Origin: Deltaproteobacteria bacterium
GTDB lineage: Bacteria; Myxococcota_A; UBA9160; UBA6930
DNA length: 64,000 bases
Reading direction: 5' to 3'
Assembly (NCBI GenBank): GCA_002687015.1
Contig: NYZB01000239.1
Location: forward strand, 2,657 to 66,656
The position numbers and the translations under genes are program-made. Positions within the stretch are counted from its first letter, which is position 1, and each line of letters starts with the position of its first letter. Positions 34,336 to 44,704 of the stretch are shown piece after piece. The notes under the pieces were generated by a model. The model had not been told where the DNA came from. It searched no databases and saw nothing but the letters and a program-made list of their open reading frames with translations.

Positions 34336-37163
34336 CTAGAAGCTCCAGTGCAGCCCGCCGCGCACCGCGTGGCTGCGCACCTGATCTCGCCCCTCCTGGT
34401 AGTCGTAGAGGAGCTCCAGGCGCAGCCGCTCGTCGAGAATGGCGACCACTCCCAGACCGACCGACCACTCGTCCCTGGCCCGGTGGTCTCCGAGCACGGT
34501 GAAGGAGGCGTCTCCCAGGCCCGCGAAGGAGGCGTCGATGTCGCGGTCCGGGGACAGGGTTTCGCGAGACCATTCGCCGTGCAGGTCGGGGACGATCTGG
34601 AGACGCTCCTCCCAGACGACGAAGGGATGCGCCAGGCGCAGCGCGACGAAGCTCTCCAGGCCGTCGCTCGAGCGATCCTCGATGGCCAGGTTCAGGTCGC
34701 CGGCGCCCTCTTCCTCGAAGTCTTCCTGATGCAGGCTCGCGTAGCGCACGCCCACGCGGGGCTCGAGCTCGAAGCCCTTCCAGGCAGCCCGCAGGCCCAC
34801 GCTGCCCTGGGCGGCGAAGACCCGGCCCTCGTGGTCGGAGGTGGCGTGACGGGTGACGCCGGCGAAGTCGATCTGGCGCTCGGTGTCGTAGCGGTTCCAG
34901 AGCTGCTGGAGAGCGAGGTCGGCGAAGAGCAGACCACCGGACTCGTAGCTTCCGTAGACGGCGAGCCCGGTGTTGCGGATGCGCCCCTTGCTGCCGGGAC
35001 GATCGAAGTCGACGTCCGTGTCCTGCCAGGTACCCGCGAGGCCCAGGCGGAAGCGCTCGAAGAGGGGGAGGTCGAAGCCGAGCATGGCGCCGGAGCCCTG
35101 GAAGCTGTAGCCGGTCACGTCGGTGTCGCTGCCCTTGTCGCCGAAGAGGCCCATGCCGTAGGCCCAGAGCTCGAGCTCCTCGCCCCCCACACCGCCGGGC
35201 GGGGCGGGAGCCGGGCTCGAGACCGCGGGCAGGACCTCGACGGAAGCGAGGGCGTCTTCGAGGCTGGGCTGGATCGGATCGAGGATCCGGACCCCGACGC
35301 TGGGCCGGCCAAAGGCCGCGTCGCGCATGCGGCGCGTGAGGAGGTCGAAGCGGGCCTCGGTCCAGTGCTCGGCCAGCTGCGGGTAGACGTCCAGGGGCTC
35401 CGGGTCGAGGGCGGTCATCGCGCGGGCGATCTCGTCGCTGGGCAGGAAGTCGAGCTTGCCGGCGACGGAGCTCGCCGCGCTGCCCCCATCCGCGACGACC
35501 CCGTCGAGGGCCGCGGCGACCGACGTCTGGTTTCGCGTCAGCGCCGGCAGCGAGACGTAGGGGAGCCGCTCGACGATCGCGCGAACCCGGTCGCGCAGGT
35601 AGCGCACCACGAGCTCGAGAACCGGAGAGCCGCTGTCGTCCACGCGATCGAAGCGGCCCCTTCGCCCCCCGTCCGCCACCAGCACGTCGTAGCTGGCACC
35701 GTCGCGGAACAGGCCGGAGCCTGGATGTGCCTGGAGGGTGCCACCCCCGATCCTCGCCGCACCCTGGACGTGGAGCCGATCGGCGCGTCGCGGATCGAGA
35801 TCGATGGCGAGGCGGCTCCCGCGGCGGAAGCTCACGTCGCCCTGGAGGGTGAGAGTGCCGATCCCGCCCACGGTCCCCGGGGCGAGGGTTCCGCGCAGGT
35901 CCACGTCCGGAACGACCTGGCCGCGGCCGGCGACGGTGCCGCGCGCGCCCACCTGGAAAGTGGTGGAGCCCAGGCTTCCGTCCACCTGGAGAACGCCGCC
36001 CGAGATGAGGACCGGGCCGGCGATCGTCGACGTACCGCCGAGTGTCCAGGTTCCGTGGCCCCGCCGCTCCAGGGACTCGAAGAGCAGGACGTTTCCGCCA
36101 TAGCGACCGCTCCCCTGCAGGAAGAGGTTGTCCTGGTGGATGCCACCGCGGATGTTGCCGCTGATCTGGGAGCCGGTCTGCAGGGTGAGGTGGTTGGTGC
36201 CGCGGTGAAGCGGATCGCGGTGCCGCCCGTTCCGACGATGCGTCCCGAGTTGATCAGGGTGTTGTGACCGCGGCTGAAGTCGATGCCAATGGTCCCACGC
36301 ACGCCGCCCCGGTTGATGACGGTGTTGCGCCAGCGGCCGTAGATGCCCTGCTGGGTGCTCGACACGACGTCGCCCCTGTTGACGACGACGTTGTCGTCCC
36401 GCATTTCGAGGCCGCGCCAGGTCGAGCGAATGGTGCCCTCGTTGGTGAGGGTTCCGTCGTCGCGCAGGTAGATCCCGCGGCGGCCGGAGGTGACCCTCGC
36501 TGTGTTCCAGAGCGTGGCGCCGTCACGAGCGCGAATGCCGTCCCAACCGGAGCTGATGCTCCCGGAGGAGGTGAGCTGGCCCTGGTTTCGCAGGTAGATG
36601 CCGTAGCGGCCCGCGTTGATGGAGCCGCGGCTGTTCACGACGCCGCGATCCAGGACGCGGATGCCGTGGAAGCCGGCGCTGAGGCTCCCCGTGTTCGTCA
36701 CGGCGGCATCCTGGTTCGCGAGGATGCCATGACGGGCGGCGTTGATCACGCCGCTGTTCCAGATGGTCGCGTCATTGCGCGCCCGGATCGCGTGGCGCGT
36801 GGTGGTGATCGAGCCGCTGTTGGTGACCGAGGAACGATTCCGCACATCCACGCCGAAGCGGGTCGTGATGGTGCCCCGGTTCAGGACGGTGGTGTCGTGG
36901 GTGGTGTCGAGCACGCCGTAGTTGCTGGCGTTCGAGATCGAGCCGTCGTTCGTCACCGTGTAGGTGCCAGCGCTGCGGACGCGACCGCTCACCGCGCCGG
37001 TCGGCGAGACGTACACGCAGGAGCCACCGCTCACGGTCACGCTGCCGCTCGCGCCCGTGATGTTCGGGTCCGACGGGCCGCCGGAGCAGGCCTGGCCTGC
37101 GGCCGGCCCGGGAGCGAGGAGCCATGTGAGCGGGACCAGGAAGAGAGCCGAGGCGACACGCAT
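34336..37163 (-). pseudogene. autotransporter (beta-helix passenger + C-terminal beta-barrel) interrupted by a 1-nt frameshift near 36200
   Basis: ORF 35832..37163 has a signal peptide and repeats up to GTGGTAIRFT. Another frame continues without a stop as GTNHLTLQTGSQISGN...VDGSLGSTTFQVGARG into ORF 34336..35985, which ends in a barrel with the terminal HWSF. Confidence 0.8.
36200..36959 (-). repeat. about 12 tandem 21-residue (63-nt) beta-helix repeats in the autotransporter passenger
   Basis: Periodic units such as VTNSGSITTTRHAIRARNDAT / IWNSGVINAARHGILANQDAA / VTNTGSLSAGFHGIRVLDRGV. Confidence 0.8.
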
Positions 37164-37358
37164 AGGTGATTGGCCTTATCGCGCTCTCGGGTGTTCACCT
37201 GATCACCAAATGGAGGAATCCCGAGCGTCTCGATCCAGCGATGACGTCGAGCCCGAAGATCCAAGAGGAACGATGTGTTTTCCACCCGCTCCTTGAGAAC
37301 GCGAGTCGATCGGAATCCCTGGTTCCGGTTCGCCGCGGGAGCGCCGAAGAGCGGGAGC

Positions 37359-37835
37359 ATGCCGTGGCGCCTACCGGCCCTTCCCACTGCCCTGCTTCTC
37401 TCGGTCGCCCTCGTCGCCGGGGCCTGCGGATCGGAGCCCGACACACCCGAGGCCCGCATCCGGCGGGCTCTCGGCGCGCTCGAGGCGGCCGCCGAGGCGG
37501 GAGACGTCGCAGCTTTCAAGCAGCAGGTGTCCGAGCGATACAGCGACGAGCACGGCCACGACAAGCAGACGCTCGGCACCTACGTCAGCTTCCACGTGCT
37601 GCGCAACTCGAACCGCCACGTGGTGCTGCGCGTGCGCGACGTGCTGATGGTGGATCCCGGACGAGCGGAGGTCGTCGTGATCGCCGGAATCGCCGGCAGC
37701 CGCCCGGTGGCTGGCGAGCTCGCCGCCTTTCGCGGCAACGTCTACCAGGTCGACGCCGACCTCGAAGAAGAGGACGGCCAGTGGCGGCTCGTCTGGGCCC
37801 AATGGAAGCCAACGCCAGCGAGCGACCTGTTGTGA
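37359..37835 (+). CDS. hypothetical lipoprotein
   Basis: ORF 37275..37835 trimmed to MPWRLPALPTALLLSVALVAGAC (lipobox). Confidence 0.6.
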   Translation: MPWRLPALPTALLLSVALVAGACGSEPDTPEARIRRALGALEAAAEAGDVAAFKQQVSERYSDEHGHDKQTLGTYVSFHVLRNSNRHVVLRVRDVLMVDPGRAEVVVIAGIAGSRPVAGELAAFRGNVYQVDADLEEEDGQWRLVWAQWKPTPASDLL

Positions 37836-37847
37836 GCTCGCCTGGTG

Positions 37848-38327
37848 TCAGGCCTGATCGGCCACGGCCCCCACGATGTCGAGGGAGCTCAACAGGCCCA
37901 CCAGGGCGCCGTCTTCGATGACCAGCACGCGGTGGATGCGTCGGCTTCGCATGACCTCGGCCGCGTGGGTGATGGCGTCGTCCGGCGAGACCGAGATGAC
38001 CTCTCGGGTCATGATGTCCTGGACCGCCAGCTCCCGGACGCGCTCGAGTGCGGCCCCGGTCGGATCGGGAGTCTTCGGGTCGAAGGCCTCCGGATCGGTC
38101 TCGACGTAGTAGCTGGCGATCGCCGCGGCCCTGCTCCGCTCCCGGGTCAGCGCCTTGTCCAAGTCGGAACGGGACACGATGCCGACCACCTTCCCCGCCC
38201 GATCCAGGACCGGGGCGCCACTGATCCGCTGGGCGGCCAGCTCCTGCTCGAGGTCCAGGACACCGAGCCTCGGCGACACATGGTGCACGCCCGTCGCCAT
38301 GACCTCGGAGACCTTCACATCCCGCAT
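37848..38327 (-). CDS. CBS domain-pair protein
   Basis: ORF 37848..38624 trimmed to MRDVKVSEVM. Two CBS repeats (VMATGVHHVSP...GAPVLD..GKVVGIVSRSDL and IMTREVISVSP...HRVLVIEDGALVGLLSSLDI). Confidence 0.85.
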   Translation of the reverse strand: MRDVKVSEVMATGVHHVSPRLGVLDLEQELAAQRISGAPVLDRAGKVVGIVSRSDLDKALTRERSRAAAIASYYVETDPEAFDPKTPDPTGAALERVRELAVQDIMTREVISVSPDDAITHAAEVMRSRRIHRVLVIEDGALVGLLSSLDIVGAVADQA

Positions 38328-38647
38328 TCGCTCCCCTCGCGCGATCGCGCACCCCCGGACCCGCCCTTCGCGGTCTCGCAATTCCCGTTCCGGGGCTGCG
38401 CCTGCCGTCGCGGACGGGGCGCGCCAGGCGCCTCCCTCGCTGGACCTCCGGGGAACGGAGGTCGAACGCGATGTAGCGTCCTGTCCCAGACCCATCGCCG
38501 CAACCCTGGGCGAGCGGACAGCGAGGGGCTCGAGGGACCCCCCAGCCGAGGGGCGCGCGTGTGCGCACGAGCTGCCATCTTGTGAGAAGATCCCCCACGC
38601 CGATCCATCGACCGGGTAGGCCATCGACCCGCCCCGGAGGCTCCATC

Positions 38648-40207
38648 GTGCACCGATCCCGATCGCTCCTCGGCTTCGTCATCGTCGTCTCCCTGGTCGC
38701 GCCTTCGTGGGCAGCCCCGCCGAAGAAGCCCTCGGCACCGTCGTCGGCCCTGCCGAGCCAGATCGAGGCGCCGACCGGCGACATGGCCAGCCCGGCGGAG
38801 GCCGAGAAGGCCACGCCCAAGCTCGCGCCCGGCACTCGGCCCGAGGACTTCGAGAAGCCGGCAGGGAAGCTGCCGCGGGATCTCGAAGCCCCGACACCCC
38901 GCCGGCCGACCGAGCCGGTGCGGCGCCCGAAGAGCCTGGATCCACCGATGCTCCCCAAAGGCGCGCGGGATGGCATGACGCCGGGTGGCGGGAGCAAGGT
39001 CGAGCCTGCCACGCCCATTCGCGAGCTCGTCGCCGCGGATGTGCGGATCGTCGAGATCGCACGGGCCGGCCGCAAGGTCGCCATCACGGGGCGCGCCGAT
39101 CGGGCGATCCCGTCGGACCAGTGCTGTGACCTCGTGTTGCTGGAGGGTCCGTCGGGATCGAGGGCCTTGTGGCGCGGACACGCGACGGTCGTGAGGGTCG
39201 GCAGCGGGTACGGCTTCGTGGCCATGGCCACTCACTCGATCCCCGGCGGCAGCCGCCAGCAGCTGATCGCCGAGCTGCAGAACGAGGATCGACGACCGGA
39301 GAACAACCGCTTGATGAAATGGGTCGGCTCCGAGGGCGGTGCCGAGGTCACGGAGAGCGATCGGGGAGGACGGGCTGTCGGGGGCTTCGTCTCGGAGCGG
39401 CGGCGCAATGAGATTCGAGAGGTCAGCATCGGGCGCAGCGGCCTGGATTGGGCCGAGGTGGACGTCTCGGTGTCGATGGACCAGCGCCAGCAATCCTGGC
39501 TTCGCGTGGATGCCGAGGGCATTCCGGCGGCCGGCTGCCAGAACGGACGTGGAGAGACCCAGTTCGTCGTCTCTGAGTACACTGATGGACCGGGATCCGG
39601 CTTCACCGAGACCTTCCGCGTGGTCTGTCGATCCCCGAGCCAGGATGCGAGCGGTCGCATCAAGGCCACTTTCCTCGACGCCAACGGAAGCACCCCGATG
39701 GCCGAACGCAGCGCGCCCTGGACCGTGCGCGCCAGCGAGGGCACGATCGACCGGCGCGCCGCCCGCGGCGACGCCCAGGCGCGCGAGATCGCCGGCACCG
39801 ACGCGGCGCCGGCCGACTTGTCGGTAGGGATCAGCTTCTCTCCGCTCGACGGCAGGCCTCACTTCGCCCCGGTTACGGTGCGCAACAGAGGCGGTTCCCC
39901 GTCTCCACCCGTCCAGCTCCGGATTCGTTTCGTGCGCGGGACCCTCGCCATGACCTCCGCAGATCTCCTCCGAAACGTGCCCTCATTGGACCCGAACGAG
40001 TCGTGGAGCGAGCGCGTCGTGCTCGGCACGCCGTCGAACCTGCGCTGGGAGGAGATCGGCGCGGGGGAGGCCGCGAGCACCCTCGTGGCCACCGTGGACT
40101 CGAGCGGAATCCTCTACGAGTCCAACGAGGCCAACAACGAGGCCAGCACGGCGACGCAGTCGAGTGGAATGCGCTGGCGGCTGCGCTTCGTCCGACCTAG
40201 CCGTTGA
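38648..40207 (+). CDS. secreted protein with Pro/Lys-rich linker and C-terminal CARDB-like domain
   Basis: GTG 38648 gives the signal peptide HRSRSLLGFVIVVSLVAPSWA. The C-terminus DLSVGISFSP...VTVRNRGGSPSPP...YESNEANNEAS resembles CARDB. Confidence 0.65.
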   Translation: MHRSRSLLGFVIVVSLVAPSWAAPPKKPSAPSSALPSQIEAPTGDMASPAEAEKATPKLAPGTRPEDFEKPAGKLPRDLEAPTPRRPTEPVRRPKSLDPPMLPKGARDGMTPGGGSKVEPATPIRELVAADVRIVEIARAGRKVAITGRADRAIPSDQCCDLVLLEGPSGSRALWRGHATVVRVGSGYGFVAMATHSIPGGSRQQLIAELQNEDRRPENNRLMKWVGSEGGAEVTESDRGGRAVGGFVSERRRNEIREVSIGRSGLDWAEVDVSVSMDQRQQSWLRVDAEGIPAAGCQNGRGETQFVVSEYTDGPGSGFTETFRVVCRSPSQDASGRIKATFLDANGSTPMAERSAPWTVRASEGTIDRRAARGDAQAREIAGTDAAPADLSVGISFSPLDGRPHFAPVTVRNRGGSPSPPVQLRIRFVRGTLAMTSADLLRNVPSLDPNESWSERVVLGTPSNLRWEEIGAGEAASTLVATVDSSGILYESNEANNEASTATQSSGMRWRLRFVRPSR

Positions 40208-40760
40208 GCTGTGTGCAGGCCTCCGTCAGGAACTCGAGGGTCGAGCGTTCGTCCTGGGCGATGCTGCGCAGCAGGCTCTGGGTCTCGGGATCGTCGTCGA
40301 GGGCGTCGGCCAGGTCGTAGATGGGCTTCAGCGCCTTCTCGGCATCGCCGAACTGCTTGACGAAGGCGAGCAGCTTCTCGGCGTCGGGCTTGGCCGCGTC
40401 GCCGGCATCCGCCATGGCCGCCTCGTGAGCGGCGTCGGGGATCTCGAAGCTGCACGATCCCCCGAGCTCCTTGATGCGCTCCGCCAACAGCCGGGCGTGC
40501 ATCCCCTCGCGCTGCTGGATCACGCGCAGGCCACCGCGCACGCAATCGACGTCGGACACCGCGATCCAGGCGCCCAGCGAGGCCTCGCCGAGGGCCTCAC
40601 CGGCGCGGAACTGGTCGAGGAATGCGATCACCTCCTCCGTACTCTTGACGGGCGTCGGGCTGGCTGCGGCCAGCGCGTCGACGCGCTCGCTCAGGGTGGC
40701 CACCTGGCTGCAGATCTTCTCGAGCCGCTTCTCGATGCGGGACAGGGCCTTGTCGGACAT
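40197..40760 (-). CDS. hypothetical helical-bundle protein
   Basis: ORF 40197..41507 trimmed to MSDKALSRIEKRLEK. Good GC3. No family recognised. Confidence 0.55.
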   Translation of the reverse strand: MSDKALSRIEKRLEKICSQVATLSERVDALAAASPTPVKSTEEVIAFLDQFRAGEALGEASLGAWIAVSDVDCVRGGLRVIQQREGMHARLLAERIKELGGSCSFEIPDAAHEAAMADAGDAAKPDAEKLLAFVKQFGDAEKALKPIYDLADALDDDPETQSLLRSIAQDERSTLEFLTEACTQLNG

Positions 40761-40847
40761 GGGGCCTCCTCGCTGGGATGGGGTCCGGGCAGGGTATGAC
40801 GTCCGGGGGGCACGGCCACGGACCGGGACAGGGTACCATGGGCCGCC

Positions 40848-41378
40848 ATGCCCTCGCCCCGACCTCCCGACCCGGACGGACGCCCCGACGGCACCCGCGG
40901 CGAGGCGGCGACGGGCGACGCCCGGGCCCAGCGCTGGATCCTGATCCGCGACCTGCTGATCTTCGTGTCCAAGGCCGGCCTGGAGGCCGTGCGCGACATC
41001 GCGCTGATCCCGGCCGCGCTCATCGCCGGCATCGCGGGGCTCCTCCTCTCGCCCTCGAAGCCGGATCGCTACTTCCTGCGCGTGCTCGAGGTGGGCGACG
41101 AGTTCGACGACTTCGTCGATCTCTTCGGCAAGGAGAAGCGCCTGGCGCGGGGCTCGCGTTTCGACCGACCCGAAGAGGAGGAAGAGCTGCTGCGCGCGGA
41201 CGACATCTTCAATCGCATCGAGAAGGCGGTGGTCGACGAGTACAAGCGCGGCGGTGTCACGGCACAGGCCAAACAGGCCATCGACCGGGGGCTCGACGCG
41301 GTCCAGGACGCACTGGCCAGCCCGCCGGCCCTCCCTCCCCCCGACAAGCCGACACGAGGAGACCCCGATGCCCAGTGA
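40848..41378 (+). CDS. hypothetical membrane protein
   Basis: 176 aa with two hydrophobic segments (WILIRDLLIFVSKAGL, IALIPAALIAGIAGLLL) and an acidic tail. Confidence 0.5.
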   Translation: MPSPRPPDPDGRPDGTRGEAATGDARAQRWILIRDLLIFVSKAGLEAVRDIALIPAALIAGIAGLLLSPSKPDRYFLRVLEVGDEFDDFVDLFGKEKRLARGSRFDRPEEEEELLRADDIFNRIEKAVVDEYKRGGVTAQAKQAIDRGLDAVQDALASPPALPPPDKPTRGDPDAQ

Positions 41379-42258
41379 GGCCTTGAAGACGATCATCGAC
41401 ATGATGCGCGCCCAGCCGATCATCCAGGGCGACGACATCGCCGCCATGCGGGAGGGCATGGAGCAGACCGGTGCCGTGCTGCCCGCCGTCGAAGGCGCCG
41501 TGTACACGGAGGTCGACGCCGCCGGCGTGCCCTGCGAGTGGATCGAGATCGAGGGGACCGTTCCGGAGCGCCACCTTCTCTATCTGCACGGCGGTGGCTA
41601 CGTGCTCGGCTCGCCGAAGAGCCACCGCAACCTCACGGGTCGCCTGGCTGCGAGGACGCGAGCCAGGGTGTTGGCCGTCGACTACCGGCTGGCCCCCGAG
41701 CATCCGCACCCGGCCGCCGTCGAGGACGCGACGGCGGCCTACCGGTGGCTGCTCGGTGAAGGCGCCGAGGCGGCGCGCACCGCGATCGGTGGAGACTCGG
41801 CAGGGGGTGGCCTCACCGTCGCCACCCTGGTCGCGCTCCGCGACGCCGGGGCTCCCCTGCCCGCCGCGGCCCTGTGCCTCTCTCCCTGGATCGACCTCGA
41901 GGGGCGCGGCGAGTCGATGACCGCGCGTGCAGGCCAGGACCCGATCGTGCAGAAGGACAGCCTGCTGCAGATGGCCGAGGCCTACCTGGCCGGCCAGGAC
42001 CCGCGAACCCCCCTGGCCGCGCCGCTCTACGCCGACCTGCACGGCCTCCCGCCCATTCTCATCCAGGTGGGCTCCGCCGAGACCCTGCTCGACGACGCCA
42101 CCCGCCTGGGAGAGCGGGCGAGGGCCGCGGGGGTCGACGTCACGGTCGACGCCTGGGACGAGATGATCCACGTCTGGCAGATCTTCGGCGGCATTCTCCC
42201 CGAGGCCGATGAGGCCATCGACCACATGGCGGACTTCGTGGCCAAGTACACCGCCTAG
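41368..42258 (+). CDS. alpha/beta hydrolase, hormone-sensitive-lipase-family esterase
   Basis: ATG 41368. HGGGY oxyanion motif, GDSAGG nucleophile elbow, and a C-terminal H in DEMIHVW. Confidence 0.9.
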   Translation: MPSEALKTIIDMMRAQPIIQGDDIAAMREGMEQTGAVLPAVEGAVYTEVDAAGVPCEWIEIEGTVPERHLLYLHGGGYVLGSPKSHRNLTGRLAARTRARVLAVDYRLAPEHPHPAAVEDATAAYRWLLGEGAEAARTAIGGDSAGGGLTVATLVALRDAGAPLPAAALCLSPWIDLEGRGESMTARAGQDPIVQKDSLLQMAEAYLAGQDPRTPLAAPLYADLHGLPPILIQVGSAETLLDDATRLGERARAAGVDVTVDAWDEMIHVWQIFGGILPEADEAIDHMADFVAKYTA

Positions 42259-42328
42259 GAAGTACCTTCGGCCGTGCCCACCGGAGAGCTCCACCGGCAC
42301 GATCGAGATCGATCGAGGTAGCGAAGCG

Positions 42329-43567
42329 ATGAGCCAGCTCCAGGGATCCCTCCACCCCGATTTTGCCGGCGTCGCCCGGACCTTGCGCAAGATCGTGCCC
42401 AAGAAGGGGCCCGGCGGCGCGGCCGTCTGCGTCTATCACCGCGGCGAGAAGGTCGTCGACATCTGGGGTGGCACGAAGGACGACCGGGGCACACCGTGGG
42501 CCGAGGACACGGTCAGCATCTCCTTCTCGACCACCAAGGGCGTGGCGTCGACGCTCCTGCACATCTACGCGGACCGCGGGCTCATCGATCTGGAGGCGCC
42601 GGTCTCGACCTATTGGCCGGAGTTCGCCGCCGCGGGAAAGGAGGAGGTGAAGGTCCGCCACCTGCTCTGCCACGAAGCGGGCATGTACTCGATCGAGGAC
42701 GTCGTCGAGGACGCCCACGACATGCAGGACTGGGACAAGATGATCGAACGGCTGGGCGCCGCGCCGGCCCGGCACGCGCCCGGCGCGGCCCACGGCTACC
42801 ACGCCATGACCTACGGCTGGCTGGTGGGCGAGATCGTTCGGCGGGTGGCCGGGGGCAAGTCCTTCGCCGACCTGGTCGCGGCCGAGATCGCCGGCCCCCT
42901 CGACCTGGACGGTCTCTACTGCGGCGTGCCCGAGGACCAACAGCACCGCTGTGCCCAGCTGATGGCCGCGGGCATGGATGCACCGCCGGAGGAGGCCCGG
43001 CGCCGCACCGAGCGGATGAGGGTCGGCGCGGAGCGCTGGCGGGATCGGCTCCGAAGGCTCGGCTTCCGCTACGACCCCACCGAGAGCCTCGCGGCTCTCC
43101 TGGCCCCCGGGATGGAGAGCCTCGACATGAACAGCGCGGCCTGGCGAAGCGCCTCCGTGCCCGCCGCAAACGGCATGTTCACGGCGCGCTCCCTCGCCCG
43201 CATGTACGCCTGTCTGGCGGCGGGCGGCGAGCTCGACGGCGTCCGCCTCCTCTCCGACCAGCACCTTCGAAAGGCCGCCCGGCAGCAGAACGACGGCGCG
43301 GGCAAGGTGATCCCGGTCTCGATGCGTTGGCGCCTGGGCTACCATCGCGTCTTCGCGGTGCCACACCGCATGCCCGGCGCCTTCGGTCACTTCGGCTTCG
43401 GCGGCTCGGGCGGCTGGGCCGACCCCGCCCGGGAGCTCGCCGTCGCACTCACGGTGAACAGCGGTGTCGGCACCCCCTTCGGCGACTCCCGCATCGTGCG
43501 AATCGGCAGCGCCGCCGTACGCTGCGCCAACGCCCGCCGCATCGCCCTCCCCGCCCAGGCAAGCTGA
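42329..43567 (+). CDS. serine hydrolase, beta-lactamase/esterase (class C-like) family
   Basis: ATG 42329 (MSQLQGSLHP). SxxK motif (FSTTKG). YHAMTYGWLVGE. Confidence 0.85.
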   Translation: MSQLQGSLHPDFAGVARTLRKIVPKKGPGGAAVCVYHRGEKVVDIWGGTKDDRGTPWAEDTVSISFSTTKGVASTLLHIYADRGLIDLEAPVSTYWPEFAAAGKEEVKVRHLLCHEAGMYSIEDVVEDAHDMQDWDKMIERLGAAPARHAPGAAHGYHAMTYGWLVGEIVRRVAGGKSFADLVAAEIAGPLDLDGLYCGVPEDQQHRCAQLMAAGMDAPPEEARRRTERMRVGAERWRDRLRRLGFRYDPTESLAALLAPGMESLDMNSAAWRSASVPAANGMFTARSLARMYACLAAGGELDGVRLLSDQHLRKAARQQNDGAGKVIPVSMRWRLGYHRVFAVPHRMPGAFGHFGFGGSGGWADPARELAVALTVNSGVGTPFGDSRIVRIGSAAVRCANARRIALPAQAS

Positions 43568-43569
43568 CG

Positions 43570-43586
43570 AAGGGGTCGGACCCCTT
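43570..43586. terminator. candidate bidirectional hairpin between convergent genes
   Basis: AAGGGG-TCGGA-CCCCTT lies between the 43567 stop (+) and the 43621 stop (-). No U-tract. Confidence 0.3.
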
Positions 43587-43620
43587 GGGAGCTTCGCGAG
43601 CGCTCTCGTGGGCGCGGGGG

Positions 43621-44673
43621 CTAGCTGGGGCGGAAGACGACCTCGTAGCCGGCATCCACCAGGGCCGCGACGGCCGCTTCGGGGCTCACCACGCGGTGGA
43701 GGCCGCGCAGCCCGGGCGCCGCCAGCCATCCATCGCGAACCAGGGCCTGGGCGAGCCAGGCGGCCGGGAGCGCGGGGATGTCCAGACCGTGGCTCGCTGC
43801 GACCACCTCGATGCGACCCCGTTCCCGCCCTTCGCCGTCCTCGGCGACGATCGAGAGCACACCCCGCTCGGTTCCGAGGGGGCGCGCAAGGCCGGCCAAG
43901 GGGAAGAGCAGCGCGGCGAGCCACTTCGCGCCGCGAGTGCCGAGCCGTCCGCGCACGCGGCCAGCCCAGACCAGCCCCCGGTTGATCCAACCTCGATCGA
44001 AGCCCATGTGGAAGCGGACGGGTACCGAGCGGCTGCCGACCGGCAACCGCGAGCCGGAGAATGCGATCGGGTAGCTGCCGAAGACGAGCCGGCGCCCATC
44101 GTCGGTCTGGTGGCTGACGAGGCGCGAGAACCAACGGCCGCCAGGGCCCGTGCGCCCGATCGGATCCATCATGCCCGCAAAGAGGCCGCGGCTCACGGGG
44201 TTCCGGGAGCCCATCGAAAGGAAGACGGCGAGCTTCGCGACACCGGGATCGCTCTTCCAGCGCTGGGCCAGCGCCGCGACCAGGCCGGGCACGGTCGAAC
44301 AACCGGGCACGAGCACCACTCCGGCCTTGGCTGCGGCACGCGCCTCGGCCAGGGCTGCCACCTGCTCGATGAAGTCGAGACGCTCGGCCAGATCGGCGTA
44401 GTGGCAGTGGGTGGAGATCGCGGCATGGATGATGGGAGAGGGATCGTAGTCGTAGGGCCCGACGGCATTGATCACGAGGTCGGCGTTCTCGAGGAGCTCG
44501 GCCAGCCCTTCCCGATCGGCCACGTCCACCTTGCGGATCGGGAACTCCGCGTGCCCGGTGCCGCTGCGGTTCGCTCCGACCAGGAGAGCCGTCGGTGCGA
44601 GACGTCGGATCAACCGGCACACCCGCGCACCCATCTCGCCGGTGGCACCAAGGACCACGATGGTCCGGCTCAC
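43621..44673 (-). CDS. saccharopine dehydrogenase-like NAD(P)-binding protein
   Basis: Rossmann motif IVVLGATGEMG, DLVINAVGPY, VPGCSTVPG. Confidence 0.75.
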   Translation of the reverse strand: MSRTIVVLGATGEMGARVCRLIRRLAPTALLVGANRSGTGHAEFPIRKVDVADREGLAELLENADLVINAVGPYDYDPSPIIHAAISTHCHYADLAERLDFIEQVAALAEARAAAKAGVVLVPGCSTVPGLVAALAQRWKSDPGVAKLAVFLSMGSRNPVSRGLFAGMMDPIGRTGPGGRWFSRLVSHQTDDGRRLVFGSYPIAFSGSRLPVGSRSVPVRFHMGFDRGWINRGLVWAGRVRGRLGTRGAKWLAALLFPLAGLARPLGTERGVLSIVAEDGEGRERGRIEVVAASHGLDIPALPAAWLAQALVRDGWLAAPGLRGLHRVVSPEAAVAALVDAGYEVVFRPS

Positions 44674-44704
44674 GGGGCGAGACCGGCAGCCGCGAGGGTC
44701 CGGC

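Noticed and set aside
37165-37211. Inverted GGTGAT...ATCACC pair in the autotransporter/lipoprotein divergent region.
   Set aside because: The arms are only 6 nt with a long irregular spacer, so a chance occurrence is plausible.
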